Assembly (NCBI RefSeq): GCF_024502345.1
Contig: NZ_JALDNN010000001.1
Reading direction: 5' to 3' (one strand)
DNA length: 64,000 nt
DNA from: Escherichia coli
GTDB lineage: Bacteria; Pseudomonadota; Gammaproteobacteria; Enterobacterales; Enterobacteriaceae
In this document: positions 51,172-62,277 of the stretch, piece after piece
How positions within the stretch are numbered: the stretch's first letter is position 1
Layout of the letters: each line of letters starts with the position of its first letter
Notes under the pieces: generated by a model
Told to the model about the DNA's origin: nothing
Databases searched by the model: none
What the model saw: only the letters and a program-made list of their open reading frames with translations
Made by a program: the position numbers and the translations under genes

Positions 51172-51858
51172 TTATTTGGTGATATTTTTTTCAATATCAT
51201 GCAGCAAACGGTGCAACATTGCCGTGTCTCGTTGCTCTAAAAGCCCCAGGCGTTGTTGTAACCAGTCGACCAGTTTTATGTCATCTGCCACTGCCAGAGT
51301 CGTCAGCAATGCCATGGCTCGTTCGCGTAAAGCTTGCAGTTGATGTTGGTCTGCCGTTGTGTCACTTTTCGCCGGTTGTTGTATTAATGTTGCTAATTGA
51401 TAGCAATAGACCATCACCGCCTGCCCCAGATTGAGCGAAGGATAATCCGCCACCATCGGCACACCAGTAAGAACGTCAGCCAACGCTAACTCTTCGTTAG
51501 TCAGCCCGGAATCTTCGCGACCAAACACCAGCGCAGCATGGCTCATCCATGAAGATTTTTCCTCTAACAGCGGCACCAGTTCTACTGGCGTGGCGTAGTA
51601 ATGATATTTCGCCCGACTGCGCGCAGTGGTGGCGACAGTGAAATCGACATCGTGTAACGATTCAGCCAGCGTCGGGAAAACTTTAATATTATCAATAATA
51701 TCACCAGATCCATGTGCGACCCAGCGGGTGGCTGGCTCCAGATGCGCCTGACTATCGACAATCCGCAGTTCGCTAAACCCCATCGTTTTCATTGCCCGCG
51801 CCGCTGCCCCAATATTTTCTGCTCTGGCGGGTGCGACCAGAATAATCGTTATACGCAT
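51172..51858 (-). CDS. lasT: Putative SpoU-family tRNA/rRNA methyltransferase LasT/YjtD (228 aa)
   Basis: Track ORF trimmed to MRITIILVAPARAENIG. Confidence 0.85.
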   Translation of the reverse strand: MRITIILVAPARAENIGAAARAMKTMGFSELRIVDSQAHLEPATRWVAHGSGDIIDNIKVFPTLAESLHDVDFTVATTARSRAKYHYYATPVELVPLLEEKSSWMSHAALVFGREDSGLTNEELALADVLTGVPMVADYPSLNLGQAVMVYCYQLATLIQQPAKSDTTADQHQLQALRERAMALLTTLAVADDIKLVDWLQQRLGLLEQRDTAMLHRLLHDIEKNITK

Positions 51859-52257
51859 ATTGCCACTCTTCTTGACCAAATAACCGCGAACAGGGTGATC
51901 ACTGTCAACTTATTACGCGGTGCGAATTTACAAACTCTTAACGTAAGTCGCAGAAAAAGCCCTTTACTTAGCTTAAAAAAGGCTAAACTATTTCCTGACT
52001 GTACTAACGGTTTAATTGTTAAAAAATGCTACATATCCTTCTGTTTACTTAGGATAATTTTATAAAAAATAAATCTCGACAATTGGATTCACCACGTTTA
52101 TTAGTTGTATGATGCAACTAGTTGGATTATTAAAATAATGTGACGAAAGCTAGCATTTAGATACGATGATTTCATCAAACTGTTAACGTGCTACAATTGA
52201 ACTTGATATATGTCAACGAAGCGTAGTTTTATTGGGTGTCCGGCCCCTCTTAGCCTG

Positions 52258-52398
52258 TTATGTTGCTGTTAAAATGGTTAGGATGACAGCCGTTTTTGAC
52301 ACTGTCGGGTCCTGAGGGAAAGTACCCACGACCAAGCTAATGATGTTGTTGACGTTGATGGAAAGTGCATCAAGAACGCAATTACGTACTTTAGTCAT
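52258..52398 (-). CDS. yjjY: Small protein YjjY (46 aa)
   Basis: ATG..TAA mini-ORF (MTKVRNCVLDALSINVNNIISLVVGTFPQDPTVSKTAVILTILTAT) read manually; below the track size cutoff. Confidence 0.6.
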   Translation of the reverse strand: MTKVRNCVLDALSINVNNIISLVVGTFPQDPTVSKTAVILTILTAT

Positions 52399-52493
52399 GT
52401 TACGCCGATCATGTTAATTTGCAGCATGCATCAGGCAGGTCAGGGACTTTTGTACTTCCTGTTTCGATTTAGTTGGCAATTTAGGTAGCAAAC

Positions 52494-53210
52494 ATGCAGA
52501 CCCCGCACATTCTTATCGTTGAAGACGAGTTGGTAACACGCAACACGTTGAAAAGTATTTTCGAAGCGGAAGGCTATGATGTTTTCGAAGCGACAGATGG
52601 CGCGGAAATGCATCAGATCCTCTCTGAATATGACATCAACCTGGTGATCATGGATATCAATCTGCCGGGTAAGAACGGTCTTCTGTTAGCGCGTGAACTG
52701 CGCGAGCAGGCGAATGTTGCGTTGATGTTCCTGACTGGCCGTGACAACGAAGTCGATAAAATTCTCGGCCTCGAAATCGGTGCAGATGACTACATCACCA
52801 AACCGTTCAACCCGCGTGAACTGACGATTCGTGCACGCAACCTGCTGTCCCGTACCATGAATCTGGGTACTGTCAGCGAAGAACGTCGTAGCGTTGAAAG
52901 CTACAAGTTCAATGGTTGGGAACTGGACATCAACAGCCGTTCATTGATCGGCCCTGATGGCGAGCAGTACAAGCTGCCGCGCAGCGAGTTCCGCGCCATG
53001 CTTCACTTCTGTGAAAACCCAGGCAAAATTCAGTCCCGTGCTGAACTGCTGAAGAAAATGACCGGCCGTGAGCTGAAACCGCACGACCGTACTGTAGACG
53101 TGACGATCCGCCGTATTCGTAAACATTTCGAATCTACGCCGGATACGCCGGAAATCATCGCCACCATTCACGGTGAAGGTTATCGCTTCTGCGGTGATCT
53201 GGAAGATTAA
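52494..53210 (+). CDS. arcA: Aerobic respiration control response regulator ArcA (238 aa)
   Basis: OmpR-family receiver plus winged-helix output domains; [17 protein letters not shown]. Confidence 0.97.
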
Positions 53211-53227
53211 TCGGCTTTACCACCGTC

Positions 53228-53265
53228 AAAAAAAACGGCGCTTTTTAGCGCCGTTTTTATTTTTC
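53228..53265. terminator. Bidirectional intrinsic terminator between arcA and creD
   Basis: Hairpin AACGGCGCT-TTTT-AGCGCCGTT flanked by an A run and a T run. Confidence 0.75.
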
Positions 53266-53269
53266 AACC

Positions 53270-54622
53270 TTATTTCCAGATACGTAATTCATCGTCCGTT
53301 GTAACGTCTTTACTGGCTTTCATTTTCGGCAGTGAAAACGCATACCAGTCGATATTACGGGTCACAAACATCATGCCGGCCAGCGCCACCACCAGCACAC
53401 TGGTTCCCAACAACAGCGCGCTATCGGCAGAGTTGAGCAGTCCCCACATCACACCATCCAGCAACAACAGCGCGAGGGTAAACAACATGCTGTTGCGCCA
53501 ACCTTTCAATACCGCCTGCAAATAAATACCGTTCATTAACGCCCCAATCAGACTGGCGATTATCCATGCCACGGTAAAACCGGTATGTTCAGAAAGCGCC
53601 AGCAAGAGCAAATAAAACATCACCAATGAAAGCCCCACCAGCAAATATTGCATTGGGTGTAAGCGTTGCGCGGTGAGCGTTTCAAAAACAAAGAACGCCA
53701 TAAAAGTCAGCGCAATCAGCAGAATGGCATACTTAGTCGCCCGGTCAGTTAATTGGTATTGATCGGCTGGCGTCGTCACTGCGACGCTAAACGCGGGGAA
53801 GTTTTCCCAGCCGGTATCATTGCCTGAAGCAAAACGATCACCGAGATTATTAGCAAACCAGCTGCTTTGCCATTGCGCCTGAAAACCTGACTCACTAACT
53901 TCCCGTTTGGCTGGTAGAAAATCACCTAAAAAACTGGGATGCGGCCAGTTGCTGGTTAAGGTCATTTCGCTATTACGCCCGGTAGGCACCACAGAAAGAT
54001 CGCCGGTACCGCTTAAATTCAATGCCATATTCAGCTTCAGGTTCTGCTTGCGCCAGTCCCCTTCGGGTAAAGGGATATGCACGCCCTGCCCGCCTTGCTC
54101 TAACCCGGTGCCGGGTTCAATGGTCAGCGCCATTCCGTTAACTTCAGGCGCTTTCACCACACCAATACCACGCGCATCCCCGACGCTAACCACAATAAAT
54201 GGCTTGCCTAAGGTGATATTTGGCGCGTTGAGCTCGCCAAGACGCGAAACATCGAAATCGGCTTTTAGCGTTAAATCACTGTGCCAGACCTGACCGGTAT
54301 AAATCCCTATCTTGCGTTCTTCCACGTTCTGATTGCCATCAACCATCAATGACTCAGGTAACCAAAAATGGATAAAACTTCGTTTCCGCTCCACGGTTTT
54401 ATCCTCTTCCTGCACCGTATAAAGCTCGGTCACAGGAATAGCGATAAGCGGCCCAACGAGTTTTTGCGGCCCGCTGGTACTTTGGCGAATCGCATCTTCC
54501 ACATCGCTACGGTAATCGGCACGTTCGACAATCACCTGCCGAATCAGCATTATCGGAATCAACAACAGCAATACTGCACCAAACAGGGTGGTCATTTTCC
54601 AGAACAGGGGGGATTTCAACAT
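53270..54622 (-). CDS. creD: Inner membrane protein CreD (450 aa)
   Basis: Full-length ORF following creC. Confidence 0.93.
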   Translation of the reverse strand: MLKSPLFWKMTTLFGAVLLLLIPIMLIRQVIVERADYRSDVEDAIRQSTSGPQKLVGPLIAIPVTELYTVQEEDKTVERKRSFIHFWLPESLMVDGNQNVEERKIGIYTGQVWHSDLTLKADFDVSRLGELNAPNITLGKPFIVVSVGDARGIGVVKAPEVNGMALTIEPGTGLEQGGQGVHIPLPEGDWRKQNLKLNMALNLSGTGDLSVVPTGRNSEMTLTSNWPHPSFLGDFLPAKREVSESGFQAQWQSSWFANNLGDRFASGNDTGWENFPAFSVAVTTPADQYQLTDRATKYAILLIALTFMAFFVFETLTAQRLHPMQYLLVGLSLVMFYLLLLALSEHTGFTVAWIIASLIGALMNGIYLQAVLKGWRNSMLFTLALLLLDGVMWGLLNSADSALLLGTSVLVVALAGMMFVTRNIDWYAFSLPKMKASKDVTTDDELRIWK

Positions 54623-54679
54623 AGTCTTCTCCTTTGCAATGGCAGCAGGATACGAAGGCTATGTGGGAAGAATTTGAAG

Positions 54680-56104
54680 CTATGTGAAGTGACGGTGAAG
54701 TCGAAGCGAGGCCAGCACGCCACCTTCCTGCACGTTGCGCAGCGTGACTTCGCCGTTAAACAAACGGGCGACCTCACTGACAAACGCCAACCCCAGACCG
54801 CTGCTTTTTTGCCCATTTGCACGCGGCAAAGAGTAAAAGCGTTCAAAAATACGTGACAGCGCGTAGTCAGGAATACCACTACCGGTATCCAGCACCTTAA
54901 GGGCGACGTGTTCCTGATCCACTTCGGCGCTTAGCGTTATGCGACCGCTCTCGGGGGTAAAATCGATTGCGTTATCCAGTAAATTCCCCAGCGCCTGCTC
55001 CAGTAACGCCGGTTCAGCAGCAACATTAACCTCAGTGGGCATAACATGTAGAGTGATGTTTTTTTCTGCCAACTGCACGGTGCGCGCTTCGCTGACGCGG
55101 CGAAATAATGCCGCCACATCAACAGCAGTCAGAACGACTTCCTGACGATTCTCCAGTCTTGCCTGGCGTAGTAACGTTTCCACCAGCGCCTGCATTCGCG
55201 CATTTTGCGTCAGAATGTTGTCAGTAAAACGAGCTACCACTTCCGGCGGCGGACCTTCGCGTAAAATTTCCGCCGCGCCACGAATCGCCGCCAGTGGGCT
55301 TTTTAGCTCATGGGTTAACGCATAAACATACTGCTCAATATAGTTTTTCCCTTCCAGCTTCACGCGCATACTTTCCAGCGCCTGCGCAAGCTTACGCAAC
55401 TCGCTACTGCCGAGTTCAGGAAGAGGAACGGGCTTATTGTCAGTGACGGAATCGGCATAGCGAGTGAGCCGGGCAATGGAGCGGTTGATCCACCAAACCA
55501 TGCCTGCGCCAATCACCAGTGCAATCCCCAGCAAAATGGCGCTGGCCCATAAAATTCGCCGCTCGCTGCGCTTAATGACCGGAGCCATCGCCGCGTTCGG
55601 TTTGCCTACGCTCAAAACGCCAATAAGCCGCGAGCCGTCCATAATCGGCGCGGCAACATACATCACCGAACTTTCGGGATCGGCAGGATTTTGCAACGTG
55701 CTGCGCGCACCATACTGACCACGCAACGTTAGCCAGACGTCATTCCAGCGCGAATAATCCTGCCCAACGGCTTTATTTGCCGAATCGAACAATACTTTGC
55801 CCTGCGCATCGGTCATATAGACATGATATTCATTGCGCACTTTGTTAATGCCACCGATATTAGCGCGAAACGGGCGATGTTGTAGCTGATTAAACGCCTG
55901 CGCCAGTTGCCCATGCGTTGGGTCCCCAGAGAGCAAATCGGGACGCGCCAGCTCCGCCAGCAACGTTGCGGTGTCGATCAGCGTCCCCTCCGTTGCTCTT
56001 CGCACGCCCGGTTTAACTTCTTTGACAAAAATAGCCAGTACGAACCAGGCCGCCACCGCCACCAGTAAAAAATAGCCCAGCAACAACCGCATGCCGATAC
56101 GCAT
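54680..56104 (-). CDS. creC: Sensor histidine kinase CreC (474 aa)
   Basis: Two TM segments, H-box (ALTHELKSPLAAIRGAAE) and ATPase region; start shares one nucleotide with the creB stop. Confidence 0.95.
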   Translation of the reverse strand: MRIGMRLLLGYFLLVAVAAWFVLAIFVKEVKPGVRRATEGTLIDTATLLAELARPDLLSGDPTHGQLAQAFNQLQHRPFRANIGGINKVRNEYHVYMTDAQGKVLFDSANKAVGQDYSRWNDVWLTLRGQYGARSTLQNPADPESSVMYVAAPIMDGSRLIGVLSVGKPNAAMAPVIKRSERRILWASAILLGIALVIGAGMVWWINRSIARLTRYADSVTDNKPVPLPELGSSELRKLAQALESMRVKLEGKNYIEQYVYALTHELKSPLAAIRGAAEILREGPPPEVVARFTDNILTQNARMQALVETLLRQARLENRQEVVLTAVDVAALFRRVSEARTVQLAEKNITLHVMPTEVNVAAEPALLEQALGNLLDNAIDFTPESGRITLSAEVDQEHVALKVLDTGSGIPDYALSRIFERFYSLPRANGQKSSGLGLAFVSEVARLFNGEVTLRNVQEGGVLASLRLHRHFT

Positions 56105-56793
56105 TACAGGCCCCTCAGGCTATATCCCATGCCGCGATGAGTATTAATCGGTGAAAGATCGGGGTTGATGGCGCGCAGCTTGGCACGCAACGTTTTAATG
56201 TGGGTATCGACGGTGCGATCGTAGGTGTCCTGCGCATCTTCCCACACGCTATCCATTAGTTGCTGGCGTGACCAGACGCGGCCTGGCGACTTGAGTAACG
56301 TCTTCAGCAATAAAAACTCATACCGCGTCAGCGTTAATGGCGTGTCAAACCAGCTGATCTGCGCCGCGGGTTCATTCAATTCAAAATGACCAATACGGAT
56401 GACGGGAGACGGCGACGAGAACTTCTTCATCCGACGCAGTAAGGTGCGCACCCTGGCGCACACTTCGCGGGGTGAAAACGGTTTAGCCACATAGTCGTCA
56501 GCGCCAATTTCCAGCCCAAGCAGGCGATCGACCTCTTCACTTCGGGCCGTCAGGAACAGTACAGGTAACGCCGGATGGAGCGCCAGTAACTGGCGGCACA
56601 ATTCAAAGCCGCTGATATCAGGCAAACCAACGTCGAGAATCATGACGTCGGGAACCAGCTGGCGAGCTTTATCCAGCACCGGCAAGCCTCGCTCAAAGAC
56701 CTCGACGGCAAAACCTTCCTGCTGCAACATGTAGACCAGCGTGTCGGCTATCCCTTGCTCATCTTCCACTAACCAGACCGTTTCCCGTTGCAT
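56104..56793 (-). CDS. creB: Response regulator CreB (229 aa)
   Basis: OmpR-family receiver and winged-helix domains. Confidence 0.95.
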   Translation of the reverse strand: MQRETVWLVEDEQGIADTLVYMLQQEGFAVEVFERGLPVLDKARQLVPDVMILDVGLPDISGFELCRQLLALHPALPVLFLTARSEEVDRLLGLEIGADDYVAKPFSPREVCARVRTLLRRMKKFSSPSPVIRIGHFELNEPAAQISWFDTPLTLTRYEFLLLKTLLKSPGRVWSRQQLMDSVWEDAQDTYDRTVDTHIKTLRAKLRAINPDLSPINTHRGMGYSLRGL

Positions 56794-56805
56794 AAATCGC
56801 CTCTG

Positions 56806-57279
56806 TTATTGCCGCCACGGCATAACAGGAACCGCGCTAATCGCGTTTTTCGGCGAACCTTCTACAACTTTGTCGGAGTAAGCCAGATAAGCGAGCGCGT
56901 TGCGTTTGGCGTCATAAAAGCGCACGACCTGTAACGACTTAAAGACCAGGGACGTGCGTTTTTTGAATACTACCTCGCCCTGAGCTTTGCCGTTTTTAAT
57001 ACGATCCGACAGTTCAATCGGCCCGACTTGCTGACAAGAAATGGCCGCATCGGAGGTATCTTCCGCCAAGCCCAATCCCCCTTTAATACCCCCGGTTTTC
57101 GCCCGGCTCACATAACAGGTGACATTTTTCACATCGGGATCGTCAAAGGCTTCCACAACAATTTTGTGATCCGGGCCGATCATTTTAAATACGGTGTCGA
57201 CCGAACCAATCTCTTCTGCATGAGCCAATGGCCCCAGCATTATCAGGCTTAAAGACAGGATCAAATGCTTGTATTTCAT
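56806..57279 (-). CDS. creA: Uncharacterised periplasmic protein CreA (157 aa)
   Basis: Signal peptide; first gene of creABCD. Confidence 0.9.
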
Positions 57280-57489
57280 ATTGTTACCATTTTTATCTAT
57301 TACACGAGCAATTAGTTCGTCACGGTAAATAACATATTGATTAAGAACAAAATCTCAATACTTTTATTTCCGTCAAGCCCTAAAACATACTCTACTAAGA
57401 AAAAAACACTGAATGCTAAAACAGCAAAAAATGCTATTATCCAATTACCTGATGTCAGGTGCTCGTTGTTGAAAGGATGAGGATATTTT

Positions 57490-58359
57490 ATGGATCAGGC
57501 CGGCATTATTCGCGACCTTTTAATCTGGCTGGAAGGTCATCTGGATCAGCCCCTGTCGCTCGACAATGTAGCGGCGAAAGCAGGTTATTCCAAGTGGCAC
57601 TTACAGAGAATGTTTAAAGATGTCACTGGCCATGCTATTGGCGCGTATATTCGTGCTCGTCGTTTGTCGAAATCGGCGGTCGCACTACGCCTGACTGCGC
57701 GTCCGATTCTGGACATCGCGCTGCAATACCGCTTCGACTCTCAACAGACATTTACCCGCGCATTCAAGAAGCAGTTTGCCCAGACTCCTGCACTTTACCG
57801 CCGTTCTCCTGAATGGAGCGCCTTTGGTATTCGCCCGCCGCTACGTCTGGGTGAATTCACAATGCCAGAGCACAAATTTGTCACCCTGGAAGATACGCCG
57901 CTGATTGGTGTTACCCAGAGCTACTCCTGTTCGCTGGAGCAAATCTCTGATTTCCGCCATGAAATGCGTTATCAGTTCTGGCACGATTTTCTCGGCAACG
58001 CGCCGACCATTCCGCCAGTGCTCTACGGCCTGAATGAAACGCGTCCGAGTCAGGATAAAGACGACGAACAAGAGGTATTCTATACCACCGCGTTAGCCCA
58101 GGATCAGGCAGATGGCTATGTACTGACGGGGCATCCGGTGATGCTGCAGGGCGGCGAATATGTGATGTTTACCTATGAAGGTCTGGGAACCGGCGTGCAG
58201 GAGTTTATCCTGACAGTATACGGAACGTGCATGCCAATGCTCAACCTGACGCGTCGTAAAGGTCAGGATATTGAGCGATACTACCCGGCAGAAGACGCCA
58301 AAGCGGGAGATCGCCCAATTAATCTGCGCTGTGAACTGCTGATTCCTATCCGCCGTTAA
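57490..58359 (+). CDS. rob: AraC/XylS-family regulator Rob, right-origin-binding protein (289 aa)
   Basis: N-terminal AraC-type HTH plus C-terminal effector domain. Confidence 0.95.
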   Translation: MDQAGIIRDLLIWLEGHLDQPLSLDNVAAKAGYSKWHLQRMFKDVTGHAIGAYIRARRLSKSAVALRLTARPILDIALQYRFDSQQTFTRAFKKQFAQTPALYRRSPEWSAFGIRPPLRLGEFTMPEHKFVTLEDTPLIGVTQSYSCSLEQISDFRHEMRYQFWHDFLGNAPTIPPVLYGLNETRPSQDKDDEQEVFYTTALAQDQADGYVLTGHPVMLQGGEYVMFTYEGLGTGVQEFILTVYGTCMPMLNLTRRKGQDIERYYPAEDAKAGDRPINLRCELLIPIRR

Positions 58360-59003
58360 CGCTGCAGCTCATCTAATGCAGGGGCGTCCAGATGCGAGAT
58401 GTCCCCTGCGGTTTCAACGACCCAGCCAGACGCCAGCCACAGGCTTTCCTGATAATCCACGCGCGAAATAGAACAGTTACGCAGACGTAAGCGGCGCTCT
58501 GCCCATGCTGGTAATCCGAGAATCGTACTCACCAGGCATCCCAGTGCAATACCATGACTCACCAGCAGCGGTCGGCTTTCCTGCGGTAAGTCCCGGCAAG
58601 ATTCCAGTGCCGCATTGACGCGATCGCTGAGCTCCTGCATTGACTCACCTTCAGGAATACGCCCGTCAACGGTGCCATTGACCAGCTGCCGACGCCAGTT
58701 CTCTTCTTCTTCGGTCAGAGAATCGATATGTCTTTTTTCCAGCACACCCATGTTTAATTCACGCAGGCGAGAATCAAAGATGATGTCACAGCCGCAGGCC
58801 TGGGCGATGATTTCCGCCGTACGCCGGGTGCGTCCTAAATCGCTACTGATAATATGCGTAATGCCAAGCTCTTTGGCACGGGTTGCCACCTGCATCGCCT
58901 GTTGCTCACCTTTGGCGGTCAGCGGGCTGTCAGACTGGCCCTGAATACGTTGCTCGGCGTTCCACTGCGTTTCACCGTGGCGGACTAGGTATACCTGTAA
59001 CAT
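58356..59003 (-). CDS. gpmB: Histidine-phosphatase-family protein GpmB (215 aa)
   Basis: N-terminal RHGE catalytic motif (LVRHGETQWN); convergent with and overlapping the rob 3' end by 4 nt. Confidence 0.93.
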   Translation of the reverse strand: MLQVYLVRHGETQWNAEQRIQGQSDSPLTAKGEQQAMQVATRAKELGITHIISSDLGRTRRTAEIIAQACGCDIIFDSRLRELNMGVLEKRHIDSLTEEEENWRRQLVNGTVDGRIPEGESMQELSDRVNAALESCRDLPQESRPLLVSHGIALGCLVSTILGLPAWAERRLRLRNCSISRVDYQESLWLASGWVVETAGDISHLDAPALDELQR

Positions 59004-59042
59004 GCTTTTTTTCCGTATACTGCTGTAACGTTAATTTTCTGA

Positions 59043-59567
<525 letters not shown>

Positions 59568-59568
59568 G

Positions 59569-59710
59569 CGCCTGATGCGACGCTGCCGCGTCTTATCATG
59601 CCTACCAAACATATTGAAATTACGGGTATTTGTAGGACGGATAAGGCGTTCACGCCGCATCCGGCATTCGGTGCACGATGCCTGATGCGCCACGTCTTAT
59701 CAGGCCTACA
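59569..59710. repeat. REP/BIME palindromic element cluster
   Basis: Three palindromic units (GCCTGATGCGACGC..., GGACGGATAAGGCGTTCACGCCGCATCCGGCA, GCCTGATGCGCCACGTCTTATCAGGCCTAC) between yjjX and trpR. Confidence 0.75.
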
Positions 59711-59713
59711 AAA

Positions 59714-60055
<342 letters not shown>

Positions 60056-60129
60056 TTAGCGGGGGAAGCAAAATGCCTCCCCCGGTTGTACTCGCTAAAG
60101 AGTACGATAGCATATCATAAACGTGCGGA

Positions 60130-62067
60130 TCAGTAACGACGTCCCCATTCCGTGGCGCTCATCAACGTCGGTTTATCCCCCATGAAATAGCGGTAGTAAG
60201 CGTCATAAGCCAGCACGTTCTTCACATAACCACGCGTCTCGGAGAACGGAATACTCTCGACAAATGCCACTGCGTCGATACGCCCGGCGCTGTTGCCAAG
60301 CCAGGTTCGCACCCGTCCAGGTCCGGCGTTATAAGCCGCTGAGGAGAAAATACGGTTATTACCAAATTGCTGATAAACATATTGCAGGTAACTGGTGCCA
60401 ATGTTGATATTCGTTTCCGGATCCAGCAATTGCCCAGGGCTGCTATAACCAGGAATAGAGAACATCTTCACCGTATGGGTCGCCGTGCCCGGCATAATCT
60501 GCATCAGGCCGCTGGCCCCTACCGGTGATTTCACTTTCGGATTCCAGGCGCTCTCCTGACGGGCAATCGCCATCGCATAGCTTTGCGGGATCTCCTTCCC
60601 ACTGGTGTAACGTTTGAAAAGATCGTTGTAAGCCAGCGGGAATCGCTCTTCCAGATGATCCCACAGCTTCCCGGCGATCGTTGCCTGAACGCTAAGATCC
60701 CACCATTGGTTGTTGAAAGCATACCGCGCCAGTTGAGCCTGCTCTGTTTTTGACTTGCTCTTCACCAGATTGGCCCACTCGCTACGCGCGGTGTTATCGA
60801 GATTCCAGTACATCAACTCGCGCACGCGCGCCATCTCCGGCCCCTGAGTCAGGGCGCTGTCAACATTCTGCGGCGCTTTATCAATCTTCAGCTCATACTC
60901 TTCGCCGATGCGTTGTGCTGCAACCATCGGGTAGAAACCACGCTGTTGCATGAGTTGATGCAAAATCTCTTTTGCTTCAGCTTCACGTCCGCGTTCCAGC
61001 AATAAATCCGCCTGCCAGTAACGCCATTCATCTTTCTCTTTCGCCTCCATCGGCAAACGCGCCAGCCAGGTATTCAGGCCGCGACGATCGCCAGTGCCAA
61101 GCGCCATGCGCACACGGCGTTCAATAAGCGAAGTAGATTGCGAGCGCATAATGGCGTCATCGCGCCATTTCGCCTGCTCGTCGGTGACATCGTTGCCCAT
61201 CAAACGCCAGGCGACGATATCGCGCAGCTCCTGAATCTGATCTTCATTAAGCTGCTGCGCCTGGGCAAGCGATGGGATCATCAGCCGTGCATTCTCAGCA
61301 TCCTGCCGCGCCACACTGGCAAACGCCACCGCCGCCATTTGACGGGTAAAATCGGTCGCGCCAGTTGTACGCGCGAAGGTCAGTACCGTATTAGGGTTGT
61401 TCGCCAGTGAAATGATTGCCGAGGCGATAGTCTGGTAATCGGCAGGCATCTGCCCTGCCAGCACTGTTACCAGGCCTGTGTTACCCGCTTTCATCGCCAG
61501 ACGGATACGCTCTAAATACGCCAGCGGATCTTGTTTACCTGACGCACGCCAGACGCTAAATAACTTGTCACAGGCGTTAGGCTGGCTCTTGCCGGTTAGC
61601 CACAGCTCTTTCGCCCCTTGCCAGGCTTCTTCACTCTGCCCGGTGTTCCATTTCGCATAGTAGTAATTACATTGCGCTTCGGTAGTTCCGGGCTTTTCCG
61701 GGCTAAAGGCTAACAAGCCACGCCAGTCTTCACGCCGCGCCAGTTCATTGACGAAACGAGATTGCAGCGTGCGAGCGGGAGGAAGCGTGGGGTTAGCGCG
61801 AACAAAGTTAGTGACCGTCACCGCCGGTTGATTCATCAGATCATCGGTGATCTGGCGGTATTCCAGGTAGGGATAAAGCGGATAATCCTTCAGTCCAGGC
61901 ATCATTTGTTCGACCACATCCATTTGTCGATTATCCCAGGCCTGCTTGATTTGCGCGTAACGGCTACGCTGCTCATCCAGTGAGTCGGCTCGCGCTACGC
62001 TGCTGACCGTCAGCAGACAGACACCGGTAGCCAACAGCCGCCAGGTAACTTGTTTGGCTTTTTCCAC
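60130..62067 (-). CDS. slt: Soluble lytic murein transglycosylase Slt70 (645 aa)
   Basis: GTG codon at 62065..62067 gives M-EKAKQVTWRLL with signal peptide; track ORF starts 10 codons upstream. Confidence 0.93.
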   Translation of the reverse strand: MEKAKQVTWRLLATGVCLLTVSSVARADSLDEQRSRYAQIKQAWDNRQMDVVEQMMPGLKDYPLYPYLEYRQITDDLMNQPAVTVTNFVRANPTLPPARTLQSRFVNELARREDWRGLLAFSPEKPGTTEAQCNYYYAKWNTGQSEEAWQGAKELWLTGKSQPNACDKLFSVWRASGKQDPLAYLERIRLAMKAGNTGLVTVLAGQMPADYQTIASAIISLANNPNTVLTFARTTGATDFTRQMAAVAFASVARQDAENARLMIPSLAQAQQLNEDQIQELRDIVAWRLMGNDVTDEQAKWRDDAIMRSQSTSLIERRVRMALGTGDRRGLNTWLARLPMEAKEKDEWRYWQADLLLERGREAEAKEILHQLMQQRGFYPMVAAQRIGEEYELKIDKAPQNVDSALTQGPEMARVRELMYWNLDNTARSEWANLVKSKSKTEQAQLARYAFNNQWWDLSVQATIAGKLWDHLEERFPLAYNDLFKRYTSGKEIPQSYAMAIARQESAWNPKVKSPVGASGLMQIMPGTATHTVKMFSIPGYSSPGQLLDPETNINIGTSYLQYVYQQFGNNRIFSSAAYNAGPGRVRTWLGNSAGRIDAVAFVESIPFSETRGYVKNVLAYDAYYRYFMGDKPTLMSATEWGRRY

Positions 62068-62277
62068 AAGCGCATCCTCTAAGTGTAAATACATCAATGC
62101 AGCGTCATGCCGCGTAATAGATTTATGCTAACCAGTCATTGCCGTTTACGCCACGTTACGGACACTTTTTTACTTTTACTGCGAAGGTGATCGACCAACT
62201 GGGATTAGGCGGGGAAAAAGGCTACACTTCGCCTTTGAAAACTCATCATCACGATAAACATAGAGGCGAAGTCCAAC